DNA from: Octopus sinensis
Lineage: Eukaryota
Reading direction: 5' to 3'
Length of the DNA stretch: 64,000 bases
Assembly: GCF_006345805.1 (NCBI RefSeq)
Contig: NC_043000.1
Coordinates: 97,960,001-98,024,000 of the forward strand
Shown: positions 10,925 through 23,559 of the stretch, piece by piece
Layout: each line of letters opens with the position of its first letter
Position numbering within the stretch: position 1 is the first letter of the stretch
Position numbers and translations under genes: made by a program
The notes under the pieces: model-generated
What the model saw: only the letters and a program-made list of their open reading frames with translations
Database searches by the model: none
Told to the model about the DNA's origin: nothing

Positions 10925-13409
10925 ACATACCATGATATATGTTTTGCTAATAAAGTGAAAGTTGTATTGTGTCTTTGTACTTGTGTTGTGTGAAAATGTG
11001 TGTGTGTGCTTGTGCTGTGTGAAAGTGTGTCTATTTATATTCAACATATATCTATGTATATTTTATGTAAACACTACACATGTATTCTGTGTATTTATTC
11101 TCTTTTGTGTGTTGGTTGTGATTGTATGTACAAATGAGAGAAAGCTTTCTTATCCTATGTCTATGCAGCTGCTCTGTCTCCTTTTGGAACAGAAGAGTGA
11201 TTAGGTCAGTTTAGATTTAGTAGGTAGCTTAGTACATAGAACGATTTTATTTACACAGCTGTAATTCTTACATTCATATTTTATTTTGCAATTAAAAATA
11301 TTAAATGATAGTATTATTAAGCATTTTATGAATGTTTATAAAACATGTGAATATGATTGTTTGGGTTATTGTTTTTCAAGTTATATTCTAATCAAACAAA
11401 ATAAAAGGTAAATTCTCATGTAAGCAATACAGTTTCAATCCCTTGGTACTGTCTGTGATAGTTCATTTCTGTTGTTAAAATCCTTGAGAACTGTATGAAC
11501 ACCACATCTTCCTTAGAAAATCTTTAAGTTCATGTCTGCCAGGGAAAGTGTAATTGAAATGATTTTAGTGTACCTAAATTGAGGCAGTATCAAATAGGAA
11601 TACGTATATTTAATACTGAGGTAATGCCTAAAATATATTTTATAATGGTGATATTCAAACTATGAGTGTTGGCTGATTAATTCTGTTCATTTTATTAACC
11701 ACTCAAAAAAATGTATGACTATATTGCTTTATAAATCATCTTTACCATCGTCTAGCTCTCTACACCAACTTTTATATTGTTTTCAAGGTCTCTGAAAGAT
11801 TGTAGAATTAAAAGAAGGCCACATATTTTGATGGATAGTATAGTTCATCAGATTCACTCTGATACTTTTATTTATTGAACTTAGAATGGTGAAGTGCACA
11901 GTTGATCTCTACATGATTTGATCTCTGAAATAAAGGATTGTTACTAAATACTACAAACCATTTTGTTTGACAATCTAATGAAGCTGCCCATCATCATAGA
12001 TCTATCTTTTCAGATAGAGGATTGACTGAGGGTTAAACACCACCATCACCACTACGCATCCAGTAGAACATATTCAACTTAAGTAGATATCTCGCATAAA
12101 TTTCCTTAATGTACTTGTTAATTAGCACCAGCCAAGCTGACCCTTTTTTCTCTGTTTTTGTTTTTATATTAATTTTTCCATGTTATACATTTGACAAATG
12201 TATTATTAAGGCATTGTTTTACAACCAGATACCTTGTTGCTAACCCTCACCTGTTTCCCAAGTAAGGGTTCTCTTATTTCACATCTCTTCCAAGATATGA
12301 AACTAGTGGGTGATATGTTGACAGAGAAATGACAGTGTCAGTGCCTGTAGCTCAGAATGTTCAGAGTATAACAAACACATCAACTCACACTCATAATAAC
12401 AGATCTCTTTCAGGAAAAGTAGACATTAAAATGATGGTTACAGTGATGCTGACCATCATCATCATAACCTTCAGTATTCCATCTATGACCAACTCCTTCC
12501 TCCACTTTAGATTTTATATTTTAAACTACATTATCCAGTGCCTTTTGTTTTCCAAAATGGCTGCGTTTTCAAAAAGATTTAGCTGTTATCACCAGCAAGT
12601 TGGGCAGTCTTGAGATTCTTTCAATGGTTCATTGAATTTCAAGGAGAGATAAATTAAATTCAAATTTGTTGCAAGCATATACTTTTTTTCAGACAGAATA
12701 GTAATTAAATTTACCCTGACAATTTACTTAGCTCTCAAGAATAAGTGCCATATCTTCTTCTGAGAGCATTACATGCAATAGACAAGCAACCTATCCCAAG
12801 GGAGATGTCTTTTTCTTCCACTTAATACCATAACACCAGAGCTAAGCATAGACACTCTTAAAGGTCCTTCAAAGCTTTGGTAAATATTTACTTCACTTGT
12901 TACTTTCTGATACTTCATTTCTTCTTTTTACCATAAAAGGGGCTTTGGTGTATTGTTGAAACCAGAACGAGAATACTCTCATCAAATAATAGAGCGTGAA
13001 TTGACTGAAAGTCAGTTCCCATAACTATTAATTGTGGTCAGGTATGATAGCTAGTGACTTTGGAGATAAAAACAAGAGAGTCGTGCTGAACATAAAAATT
13101 GTTTTTATTGTATTTATATTCATATGGTGGAAGGAAGACAAGAACAAATTTTACCGTTCATCTTTAAAGTCTGTATCATTCTTATTGATTTCTCATTTCT
13201 CTGTGCTTCGTACACTCACTCGTTTGTTGCATGAAATTTAACAGCATCTTTTATGAGGTCAGCAGTAAAACAAATGGGAAGAACACACTGATGTTATTAT
13301 GTATACTGTTATGGTCTTCTTTAAATATCATTTTATTTTTATTCTAGTTGTAGTAGTTGTTGTTGTTCTAATTGTTGTTATTATTATTTATCACTTAATC
13401 CATATTTCT

Positions 13410-13441
<32 letters not shown>

Positions 13442-14250
13442 CATACATATTATGTATATGTATATTGCTTCAAAATGCTATTCACCTGGTTCTCAAATGA
13501 CCTTATCCATTCAGTGGAATCTTTGTCTTGCTGTATATATATTTTCAATACATCTGAACATGTGCATGAGAGTGTGTGTGTGTGTAAGCATATGATACTG
13601 TTAAATTGCGGATGTGTGTGCATGCGCATGCAAATATACCTCGTATCAGTTATGAAGACAATAAGTATTCTAGTTATTCAATCAGTGGACCTACCTACTC
13701 CTTATATCATTGTCTGTACTGTATTGTAGAGGTTCTTTCTTTGAAAGGTAATCCTGAAACAGTACCAACATGATGCAGTGTATGACAAGACTAGCTCTTT
13801 GAATTGCAGGTGATAAAATGCATGTTCATACTGGTGTGTATGCACACACACACACACACTTACACACACACACACACACACACTAAGAAATATGTTTGAG
13901 TGAGAAAGAAACATCTGAGGAATAATAACTGTGAGGTAAATATAGTGGATGACTGTCCTAACAGTCTGGAGTTCAAAGAATAATATAGCCATTGTGTTAT
14001 TCCTGGGAAAGACACATGACCTAGCTGACCTGAGTCGTATTTCTCAGCTTACTCATTAGTGATAGAAAAGTCAATCAACTGTAAAAAAAAAAAATATGCA
14101 TATGTTTGAAGATACAAAAAATATCTTATCCATATAGAAAAATGTATGTAAAGTAACGTGTGTGAGCATGTATAACTGTATGTATATATGTGTGAGTATA
14201 TAAATATATGCATGTGTGTATGGATATATGTATGTGTATATATGTATGTA

Positions 14251-14289
<39 letters not shown>

Positions 14290-14291
<2 letters not shown>

Positions 14292-15248
14292 TCATCATCA
14301 TCATCATCGTTTAACGTCCGTTCTCCATGCTAGCATGGGTTGGACGGTTCGACCGGGGTTCTGGGAAGCCAGAAGGCTGCACCAGGCTCCAGTCTAATCT
14401 GGCAATGTTTCTACAGCTGGATGCCCTTCCTAACGCCAACCACTCCGTGAGTGTAGTGGGTGCTTTTTACGTGCCACCTGCACAGGTGCCAGGCGAGGCT
14501 GGCAACGGCCACGGTCAGATTGGTGTATTTTATGTGCCACCGGCACGGAAGCCAGTCGAGGCGGTGCTGGCATCGGCCACGAGTCGGATAGTGCTTTTTA
14601 CGTACCACCAGACCAGGGATCCTGGCTGGTTCAATTCGATTTCGATTTCGCTTGCCCTAACATGTCTTCACAAGCAAAGGGGGTTGGCATGGGTGCCTGT
14701 CGTACGGTCGCATTGGAGTATTTTACGTGCCACGGCCACGAGTCGGATAGTGCTTTTTAGGTACCACCAGGCCAGGGATCCTGGCTGGTTCAATTCGGTT
14801 TCGCTTGCCCCAACATGTCTTCGCAAGCATGGGGGGTTGGCATGGGTGTCTGTCGTCGGATGAGGTTCTATATCGACTTCGCTTGCCTCAACAGGTCTTT
14901 GTGTCCAAGGGAGGAAAGGCATTCATAAGTGGGCTGGGCTCACTTGTCCTGCCTGGTCTTCTCACGTACAGAATATTTCCAAAGGTCTCGGTCGCTGGTC
15001 ATTTCCTCAGTGAGGCCTAAAGTTCGAAGGTCGTGCTTCACCACCTCGTCCCAGGTTTTCCTGGGTCTACCTCTTCCACGGGTTCCCTCAACTGCTAGGG
15101 ATTGGCACTTTCTCACACACCTATCTTCATCCATTCTCGCCACATGACCATACCAGCGCAATCGTCTCTCTTGCACACCACAACTGATGCTTCTTAGGTA
15201 CAACATTTCTCTCAAGGTGCTAACGCTCTGTCGAGTATGTACACTGAC

Positions 15249-15252
<4 letters not shown>
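14290..15252 (-). mobile_element. Young 5'-truncated RTE-clade LINE: intact ORF C-terminus, repeat-containing 3' UTR and (GAT)n tail
   Basis: Minus-strand frame ...CGVQERRLRWYGHVARMDEDRCVRKCQSLAVEGTRGRGRPRKTWDEVVKHDLRTLGLTEEMTSDRDLW... ends at 14940; the UTR is CpG-rich; (TCA)n at 14290-14308; (TA)n on both flanks. Confidence 0.93.
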
Positions 15253-15303
<51 letters not shown>

Positions 15304-15607
15304 AATAAGGAACAAAGATGTACAGCTGCCAATTCATGAATTGACACCTGTACATCTTTGTTACTGATTTATAACCTAGAATTTGCACTTCAGAAATACT
15401 ATAGAAAGTACTTTTATAAAAAGTACATGTTTGAATTACCAAGAACTGACATCTCCACTTAGCTGGGTTGTGTTGTCTGCATATACTACAGGAATATTAG
15501 GTACAAATACCCGTACACAGAGTCTTGATATTCAATATTCAAATAGTAGTGTTTGAGTGTGCAGATTATACCAAACTAGCAAGGTGCCTCAATTTAAGTA
15601 TATATAT

Positions 15608-15830
15608 ATTACGGAGATGTACTTGCATAGCGAGTGACTTGATCTGAGATCGTGTGCTGGAACGAAAACAATTGCAGCGTGGAAGGTGTTAATAAGCCAT
15701 TTAAGAAACACACAAAAACCGTTAGATTCACTTCAACATTTAAATTTAATATGTCAAAATATTTTTGTTGCTTTGAGACCGTGACCTGTTCACTGACAAA
15801 ACTTTGTGCTGCATGTTTCATATTGCCTTT
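15608..15830. mobile_element. Unclassified interspersed repeat, possibly Penelope-like terminal repeat
   Basis: Distinct higher-complexity block retaining CpGs, with a hammerhead-like fold at 15752-15798; recognised as repeat-like, family not assignable. Confidence 0.4.
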
Positions 15831-18311
15831 GTTTCAATTAATCGTGAAAATGATGAAGATTTGGTAAAATAACTTTGTCCTTATGAAGCTGGTGCTTGGA
15901 ATACAAATTAATGTAAATTTTTGATGAAAGGTTTTAATTTACTCTTTTAAAACTGGAAGTTTGTATTATATAAACGTGGGTGGTCTTAGGTGAGTTGGTA
16001 TTAAGAGTTAAGCCTTCTATCGTACACTTTGTATAGTAGTTGGCATTAAGGGCTGTAAAAACCATGCTAAAGCAGACAATGAAGCATGATGCACTCCTCT
16101 GGTTTAAGTCATCCAACTCATGCCAACATTGAGAAAGGATGTCAAATGAGGATGATAATGATGGCAGTCAATTATAGTAGTTGCAGTATGTTCAAATGGT
16201 GTAGAAGATAACTTTGCAATCATAAGGCCATGGATTTAATCCTACTCTGTGGCATCCTGGGCAAATGTCTTTTACTATAGCCTTTGATAAACCTAAGCCT
16301 CAGTAGCAAAATCGGGTTGATTGAAAATGAGTGGAATTTTGTTGTAAAAATAATGCAAATGATCAGCCACCCTTGTCACACAGTATGTTATGCTGTCTTT
16401 GCTTGAGGATTGCCTTAAGGCCTATGAAATACTCAACCACTTGTACATTTCCATCTAAGCCATACTAGCTTGGCTTAAGCACAAATTTTTGAGGCAGGTA
16501 TTTTACTTTGTAATGTGGTTGACGTTAAGAAGGCATCCAGCTGGAGAGACCATGCCAAGACTGAGATATTATAGTAAGACATGATCTTCTGACTCATTGG
16601 ATTCTGTCATACCATCTAACCCATGGTAGCATGGTAAGTAGACTAAAATAATGATGATGATAATGATGCTCTCCCTGTCACTGTCACCTGTTTTTCAGGT
16701 AACAAACTTTTATATTCCATGGGCACAAGCATGGCTGTGTGGCTAAGCTTCCTTCCCAAACATGTAGTCTTGTGTTCTGTCCCACTGTGTAGCACCTTCA
16801 GCAACTGCCTTCTCATATAGCCCTGGACCAACCAAAGCCTTGTGAATGGATATGGTAGACAGAAACTAAAAGAAGCCCATTCTGTATATATAGTTTTTTG
16901 TGTATACACTTGTCTAGACATCGTGTGATAGTTATAAATGAGTGCTATTGTTATACAAGTATGGTATGAAAATCTTGTCCCACTGGAGGGAAATGCCTTA
17001 TTAGAACAGAAAGGGCATCCAGCCATAGAAAGTCTACCTCAGCAAATTCCATCAAGCAGGGACAAATGGATGTTAAATGATGACAATGAAGTCTTCAAAA
17101 GCACAGAACAACAGGTCATAATGGCAGCAAGGAATGTTAACCTTACCATTACTTTGATCAAATTGGCAGGAAGTGAAATTTGCTATTTCTAATAGATCCA
17201 ACAGCCACTTAGTACTTCTCTCCTAAGCATCTACAAAATTCATTATGTGTCTCAGAAGACAGCAAAGCACATGTGCGTGTGTGAGTGAGTGTCCTTGCTA
17301 GTTTCTTGAAATTTGTATAAATAGGCTACCAGTGGAGACTACCAGTGATTCACTATATTCATACTTTTTGAGAACAATTACTTTAATCTGACAGATTAGG
17401 CAGTGCAACTAGCAAGTACATATATGAGTTGTAGTGACATTTTTGACTACACTGACAATGAATTGGGACATTTCTGAATCAATTAAAAGAAAAAAATTAA
17501 AAATAAAAACACAGCTGCAGTTTGGAAGCTGGAAGAGACATCAATTTAATTGATTATATGGTTAAAATCTGTGGCAACAAATCAATTTTAATTACAAAAC
17601 TGTCAGTGTGTGAAGCTGACTCTATGAACTGAACTATAGTTTTTACTTTGCTTGAATTAACCTTTTAGCAATCAAAGTGGCCAAATCCACTCAGCATAAA
17701 GATAGTAATATGCAAGCACACACACACGTGTGTGTATGTGTGTGTGTGTGTGTATTTATAAGATATTCATTTATTCATTTAACATCTGTTTTTCCTTGCT
17801 AGCTTGGATAAATTACACAGGAAGTTTTCCAAAGCAGAATTTTTACAGCCAACTTTTTCTTCTTTTCGAAGTTAAGGATCTTTTATTCCAGATGTCTTTG
17901 AAAGCACAGAGTGACTAGTCATAATGTCAACATAATCACTGTTTCAATCAGGTGGGGACAATTATGGAATATAAACTTGTGCATACACACACACACACAA
18001 CTTCCTGCAGTTTCTGCTTTCCAAATTCACTATATATACACATATGTATGTGTTTATGCTTATCTTGCAATGATTCGGGGCTGTCTGTGTTCCTGTAACT
18101 TAGCAGTCTGGCAAAAAGAAACCTATATAAGTACCAGACATAAATATAAGTACTGGTGGTCAGTTTGATTTGAATTAACACTTCAAGGCCATATATATAT
18201 ATGTATATGAGGAAAAATCATATATGTGTGTATGTGAACATTTTAATTTTTTTACAGATTATACAGATTGTAAGAAAAAATACAAATTGTTGGTTTGTAT
18301 TTTTAGCTTGT

Positions 18312-18351
18312 ATTTCAGTATTTCAGGGTCATGACCCCTTCTTCAGGAAAT
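18312..18351 (-). ncRNA. Minimal type I hammerhead ribozyme motif (degenerate)
   Basis: Minus strand AUUUC-CUGAAGA-A-GGGGUCAUGACCCU-GAAA-UACU-GAAAU: stem I AUUUC/GAAAU, CUGANGA and GAAA core boxes, stem II hairpin; U16.1 appears mutated to C. Confidence 0.6.
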
Positions 18352-21350
18352 CTTTGGAGAAATGGTGTTCGAAACTGATCTCTCTGTTCTGTAGTGTTGT
18401 GTGTGTGAATACTACAGAATGTAGTGTGTGTCTAGTGTTTACGCTATATATAGCAGAGGTTCTACATAAATGTAATTAAAAAAGTAGTAGTTATTGTTTG
18501 GTCATTGTAAAATGAAATACTGTAGTGTATTAAAAATTATGATTTTATAAAGTGGCCATCACTAGAGATATTTACTAATAAAAAAAAATGTATGTTGTAC
18601 TCCCTTCAAGGCAAACATCACTTAATTTCCAAACACACTGCAGTTGTCTTTATAACAACTAAAATTTTCTTCAATTTTTTATTTTAACTTCAATCAAAGT
18701 ATACATTTATTCAATTGTTTAATTGGTAGTTTGTTGTGCGTTTTTTTTTTCTTCAATTAAATGTGTTTCCTGCGAACAGAAATCAACCATCAAATTGCTT
18801 TATATTACAAGTGCATTAAAATCGCCTTCATACAAAATGAAGATTCTGTTAAAGAGTGAATATTGCATGCAATGCAATTAAGAGTTAAAGCTTAAATTCT
18901 TAAATAGATTTATCACCAAGTAAACAATGAAATACACATACACAAACCTACTCACATTCACTCACACACACATATATATATTAAAAATAAGAAAAAGAGA
19001 AAATGAAAAATCCAAAATTGTAATTGTGTTTATGAAGTGGAGTAGTGAATCTTAATACGACAAATTTCTTTTAATTGAGATTGCTAAAGATGAATTTATA
19101 CAAAATTTCTACAGAATATTTTGATTAAATGTTTTATAAGAAAAACCAAAATATTTTTATAAGAAAAATTAAGATGTCTTATAAGAAAAATGAAAATAGC
19201 TTAGAAAGACCAAGTCAATGATAAAGAGTCTTAATTTAACCTCCTTCATGTGATACATTGTGTACTAGGGGTATTTATTTGTGTCTTTTTTAAAAATATT
19301 TTTTAAAATTCTAATTTCCTATCCTAGAACTTATGGAAGTGTTCTATTTGGATACTTAAATTTCTCTTTTTGCATGTGGTGGTGGTGTTGTTGCGTGAGT
19401 GAGTATGTGTAGATGGTGGGGTAATTACAAAAATGTTTGGTGGGAAGGGTCATTTAGTGGAGGAGTACTCTGAGACTAGTAAATTTAATGTTGTTGATGT
19501 TCAAAGAAAAGTAGATGGATTTTAGTTAGATGTAAAACACTAGCATACCCTAACCACTGATAATTTTGAAACTGATATAGGTTTAAGTAAACCAACTTTA
19601 AACAGACTACTAGAGAGAATGGAAACAGTGTTGTGTTTCAGGATTGTAGGGTACATGTAATGATGTTAACCCAAGGGCTAGTTGGATACCTACACTGTCT
19701 GAATTTGTCTCCAGCTTTGTATTTATATTATTTCAATAATAGAAGATTTGTAGAATAAAGATATCCTTTATATATAAACCAGGTAAGGGTTGGTGACAGG
19801 AAGAGCTCCCTCTAAAATCATGCCTGTATGGAAAATGGACATTGAATAAATGAATGAGTCCAGAATAGCATCAGATTTAATGCTTTACAGTAGTTAATTG
19901 TATCCCTTTACATTCTGACAAAATCTTCATCATTCACTTTTCTGTAGGAGTCATAAAAACAATGTCCCAGTCAGGTATCAGAGTTGATTTAATCAATTAA
20001 TTCAAACCATTCTCCAAAATTTGAGACCTTGAATCTGTGCTCCAAATCCTGAAATATGTCTATTGTTTTCACCAGCTAGCTTTAAAGACTAGATTAACAC
20101 CTGTGTTAAGTTGTTTACATCTGTCAATTACATAGAATGTTTGCTAAAATCTATAGATATATTCAGTAGAGTAGAATTATCATGCTAATCATTTTGTAAT
20201 TATACTAGCCAATCCATCAATTATGCAAATAAGTCTACCCAATGTACTCAAGCCCTTAATAGTTGTCAGTTGAAGTGTTTTCTCTCTCTCTAGATTATGT
20301 CTGAGATTCAACCATGTTAATATAACAAGTTTCAGTATATTTTTCATCGCTAAGGGAAAAGAAAAACAGGTTGGTGGAGTTGCATCTGTGAGAAACAATG
20401 TGGGGTGGTGGTGATGAAGGGATGGTGTTGCATCTGTAATATATGAATTCTATTTTCATTTTTCCTGTACTCCACTTCCTTTTGTGCCATATTTTGACTT
20501 TATCATTGTTTTATTATGGCTACTTATTCCTCTTCACCACAGACATAATGTAATGATGAGAATATTGTTTAACCCCTGAGTCAAACTTGATCAGATAGAC
20601 CTGTGATTAAAGACATTCCAACAATGATGAACTTGTCTTTGTGTAAATCTGGGATTCTATTATCTGAATGGTTTTTTCTTATTTTCTTTTTAAGATGTAG
20701 GGTGTGATTTAAGAAAGAATTAGTTGCTATTTCTAGCAGGCTGATTTACCATATAAAAGCTCCTTCATTGGCTTATACTATATGCTATTTAGTCTCAGGT
20801 TAACCCTGATTAAACAGACCTTTTTACCTAGGGACATCCCAGCTGTGGACATCCATCCTTTTGCATATTTAATACTAGAAAGGAGCAATAAAATATGAAA
20901 AACTGCCCTCCCTATAAGTATGTAGTTTTGTTCCTCGGCCCTCTAAGTTGAAATCATACTGGGCTTCAACTATGCCTTATGTTATTGTTTAGCCCCAATT
21001 TAAATTGAGTTAAACTATGATCAAGGACAATCTAGCTGTTTCTTTAAATGTGTGCATGTCATACTACATTATCTAAACATTTCATATTCTTATTTAAGAT
21101 GCTAGGGTGTGATTTAAGGGAAATTTGGTTGTTATTTCTAGCAAGTTGCATTCTACTTTGAGGCAGACTCTCAGTTCAGCTTCATCTTTCGTTTCTGTGG
21201 CAGTGCCCCAGTATGACCACTGCCTAATTACAGAAACCAATGAAAAATTGATATAATTACCAGAAGAGTAATAGGGTTGGTGTTGACCAACTATACTTAT
21301 CCTACATTATTTACATTTGATGGATATTTGCCCTCATCTTGTTTGTTGTT

Positions 21351-21395
21351 GACATAACATTTCAGCTGATATACCCATAGCCTTCATCAGGTGTC
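21351..21395 (-). ncRNA. Minimal type I hammerhead ribozyme motif within a Penelope-like repeat
   Basis: Minus strand GACAC-CUGAUGA-A-GGCU-AUGGGUAUAUC-AGCU-GAAA-UGUU-AUGUC: stem I, both core boxes, stem II and a GUU cleavage triplet. Confidence 0.7.
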
Positions 21396-21494
21396 TAGGG
21401 GAAATTTTGAACCTGGGTTCTCATTGCTAAGGTGTTTTTCAATGTTGTTGTTATTATTATTATTATTATTATTCAGGTCACTGCCTGGAAAAGC

Positions 21495-21722
21495 ATCATC
21501 CGATCGTGGCCGTTTGCCAGCCTCGTCTGGCACCTGTGCCGGTGGCACGTAAAAAGCACCCACTACACTCATGGAGTGGTTGGTGTTAGGAAGTGCATCC
21601 AGCTGTAGAAACATTGCCAGATCAGTCTGGGCCTGGTGCAGCCTTCTGGCTTCCCAGACCCCAGTTGAACCGTCCAACCCATGCCAGCATGGAAAGCGGA
21701 CGCTAAACGATGATGATGATGA
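21495..21722 (+). mobile_element. RTE-type 3' UTR/tail fragment ending in (GAT)n
   Basis: Near-identical in reverse complement to 14290-14520 (CCCATGCCAGCATGG...AAACGATGATGATG). Confidence 0.85.
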
Positions 21723-21771
21723 TATATGTATATTGTATATATAAGTATATATCATACATATGTATATATAT

Positions 21772-21925
21772 AGGTGCAGGAGTTGCTGTGTGGTAAGCAG
21801 CTTGCTTACCAACCACATGGTTCCGGGTTCAGTCCCACTGTGTGGCTCCTTGGGCAAGTGTCTTCTACTATAGTCTCGGGCTGACTAAAGCTTTGTGAGT
21901 GGATTTGGTAGATGGAAACTGAAAC
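21772..21925 (+). mobile_element. SINE family 2 head and core (tRNA-derived)
   Basis: A-box-like GCTGTGTGGTAAG, B-box-like GGGTTCAGTCCC, core GGGCAAGTGTCTTCTACTATAG...TGTGAGTGGATTTGGTAGATGGAAACTG; many similar copies across the window on both strands. Confidence 0.85.
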
Positions 21926-21926
21926 A

Positions 21927-22660
21927 TTGCTGGTTACAGCTCTCGATACCATTACAGAGATAACGCCATGTTTCACAGTTTGTTGGAGTCATTTCAAATC
22001 AAATTCTTGATTGGAAAGCCTCCAGACACAAACACGTCCACTGTCTGAAAATAATGCAAATCTGGATTCATCTGAGAAATATCACTCTATCCCAAAATGA
22101 ACTGGATTTTTCTGACATCTCCTTAGCCTATTTCTTTCTTTTCATGATATTAATCAGTTGAAGGAGAGGTTTTCTTCTAGCTGCTCATCCATAATACCCA
22201 AGCTTATGCAGATATGTAACACACGTTCTTGGACTAACTTCTAGCTGTTTTGCAGTGTCAGAAGCCTTCAAACGGGGCTCGTTCTCCTCAATTCTCTTCA
22301 GTGAAGCTTCCTTTCCGAGGGCCCAGGTCGGCTGGGATGAGAATCTGTTGATTCTTTTCCTTGACTTTTGAATTGCACTATAATTCTATTAACAGTAGCA
22401 AGAGGAATTTTTGAAGGTTTTCGGCAATTTTTCGCTGGCTAAGACCAGCCTCATATTGCCCAACAATACAACCTCTTTGAAAATCTGACAGTTCTGCTGT
22501 ATTTTTTGTGCGTGACATGGTTACTCTATGCAAATGTTTAATATAATGGCACCTGAAATGAAAAATAATAATTACATTGTAAATTCTACACCACTGAAAA
22601 CATTAAGACGCTTAGATCAGAAATTTTGAAAATGAAAGGTGTCTATTTACTTCCTACATG

Positions 22661-22666
<6 letters not shown>
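21927..22666 (-). mobile_element. Tc1-type transposon 5' half (terminus plus decayed transposase N-terminus)
   Basis: Minus-strand peptides [18 protein letters not shown] (paired-like HTH), G*AARRKPLL and GVISVMV; element starts TA-CACAGACATG at a (TA)n tract and is cut off at the SINE. Confidence 0.8.
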
Positions 22667-22706
<40 letters not shown>

Positions 22707-23559
22707 CATACACACACACTCACATACTTGTGTACACACAAGCACACTCACACGATAGACTTTCACAGAGATTCTATCAAATTCACTCACAAGGCATTTG
22801 TCAGCCCAAGGCTATAGGCCCAAAGCACCATGTTGACAGATTGGACCCAAAACCATTCTGTTACAAAGGAAATTTCTTTACCGAACAGCCACTGAAAATT
22901 TTTTTTAAATAAATAAAGAAAAATGGTCATGGCTAGAATATCGTTAATTATAGGTCTCAGGCTTGAACTGCACTAAGCAACAACAGCAGCAGCAACAACA
23001 TATTTTACTGCATCTATTTTGAGACCAATTTATATTTTTTATGGAAATTCTTGTATGGTTGCATGAGGATATTATATTTTTTTCTGTTCAGCTCCTCTGG
23101 TATAATCATCAATAGATTTTGCAATAGATAAATTTATTATTTATGATAGTACTGACAATGAATTCTTTATAGCAGGGAAAATTTTATGTAGTTGCTTGAT
23201 ATGCCAATATAGTATTCATAACTGCTGTAATAATCTTCCCACTGATATTGTAGTGTTTTAGCAATATAGAATGTTAACATGGTTATAAAGCTAAGTTTTG
23301 AGATGAGTTACTGTCAATGCTGAAAGAGAAAAAATTTACCATACCCATGACATTGTGAGTGATATTGGATCAACAAAGATTGTGTTGAAGCCCATTTAAT
23401 GGATTATACCTGTCATTCAAAATTTCAGCCTTGTCACATCACTGTTACACTAATTCAACTTGAGAATTATGGTAAGAGTTCGTATATCTGTGGAATACTC
23501 AAGCCCTTACTTAAATTTCACATGTAAATAGTTCTGTTTATGGAACAGCTGTTATGAAC

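Noticed and set aside
14327-14863. 178-aa plus-strand ORF
   Set aside because: Antisense read-through of the GC-rich, internally repeated RTE 3' UTR; the peptide repeats mirror the DNA duplication.
18780-18810. Possible 31-nt exon (INHQIALYY) in a unique segment
   Set aside because: Donor CAA|GTGCAT is weak and there is no independent support.
19125-19200. Short tandem repeats (TTATAAGAAAAA x3 here; CTATAAACTTAAAG x2.5 at ~25280-25315)
   Set aside because: Ordinary local slippage duplications with no further structure.
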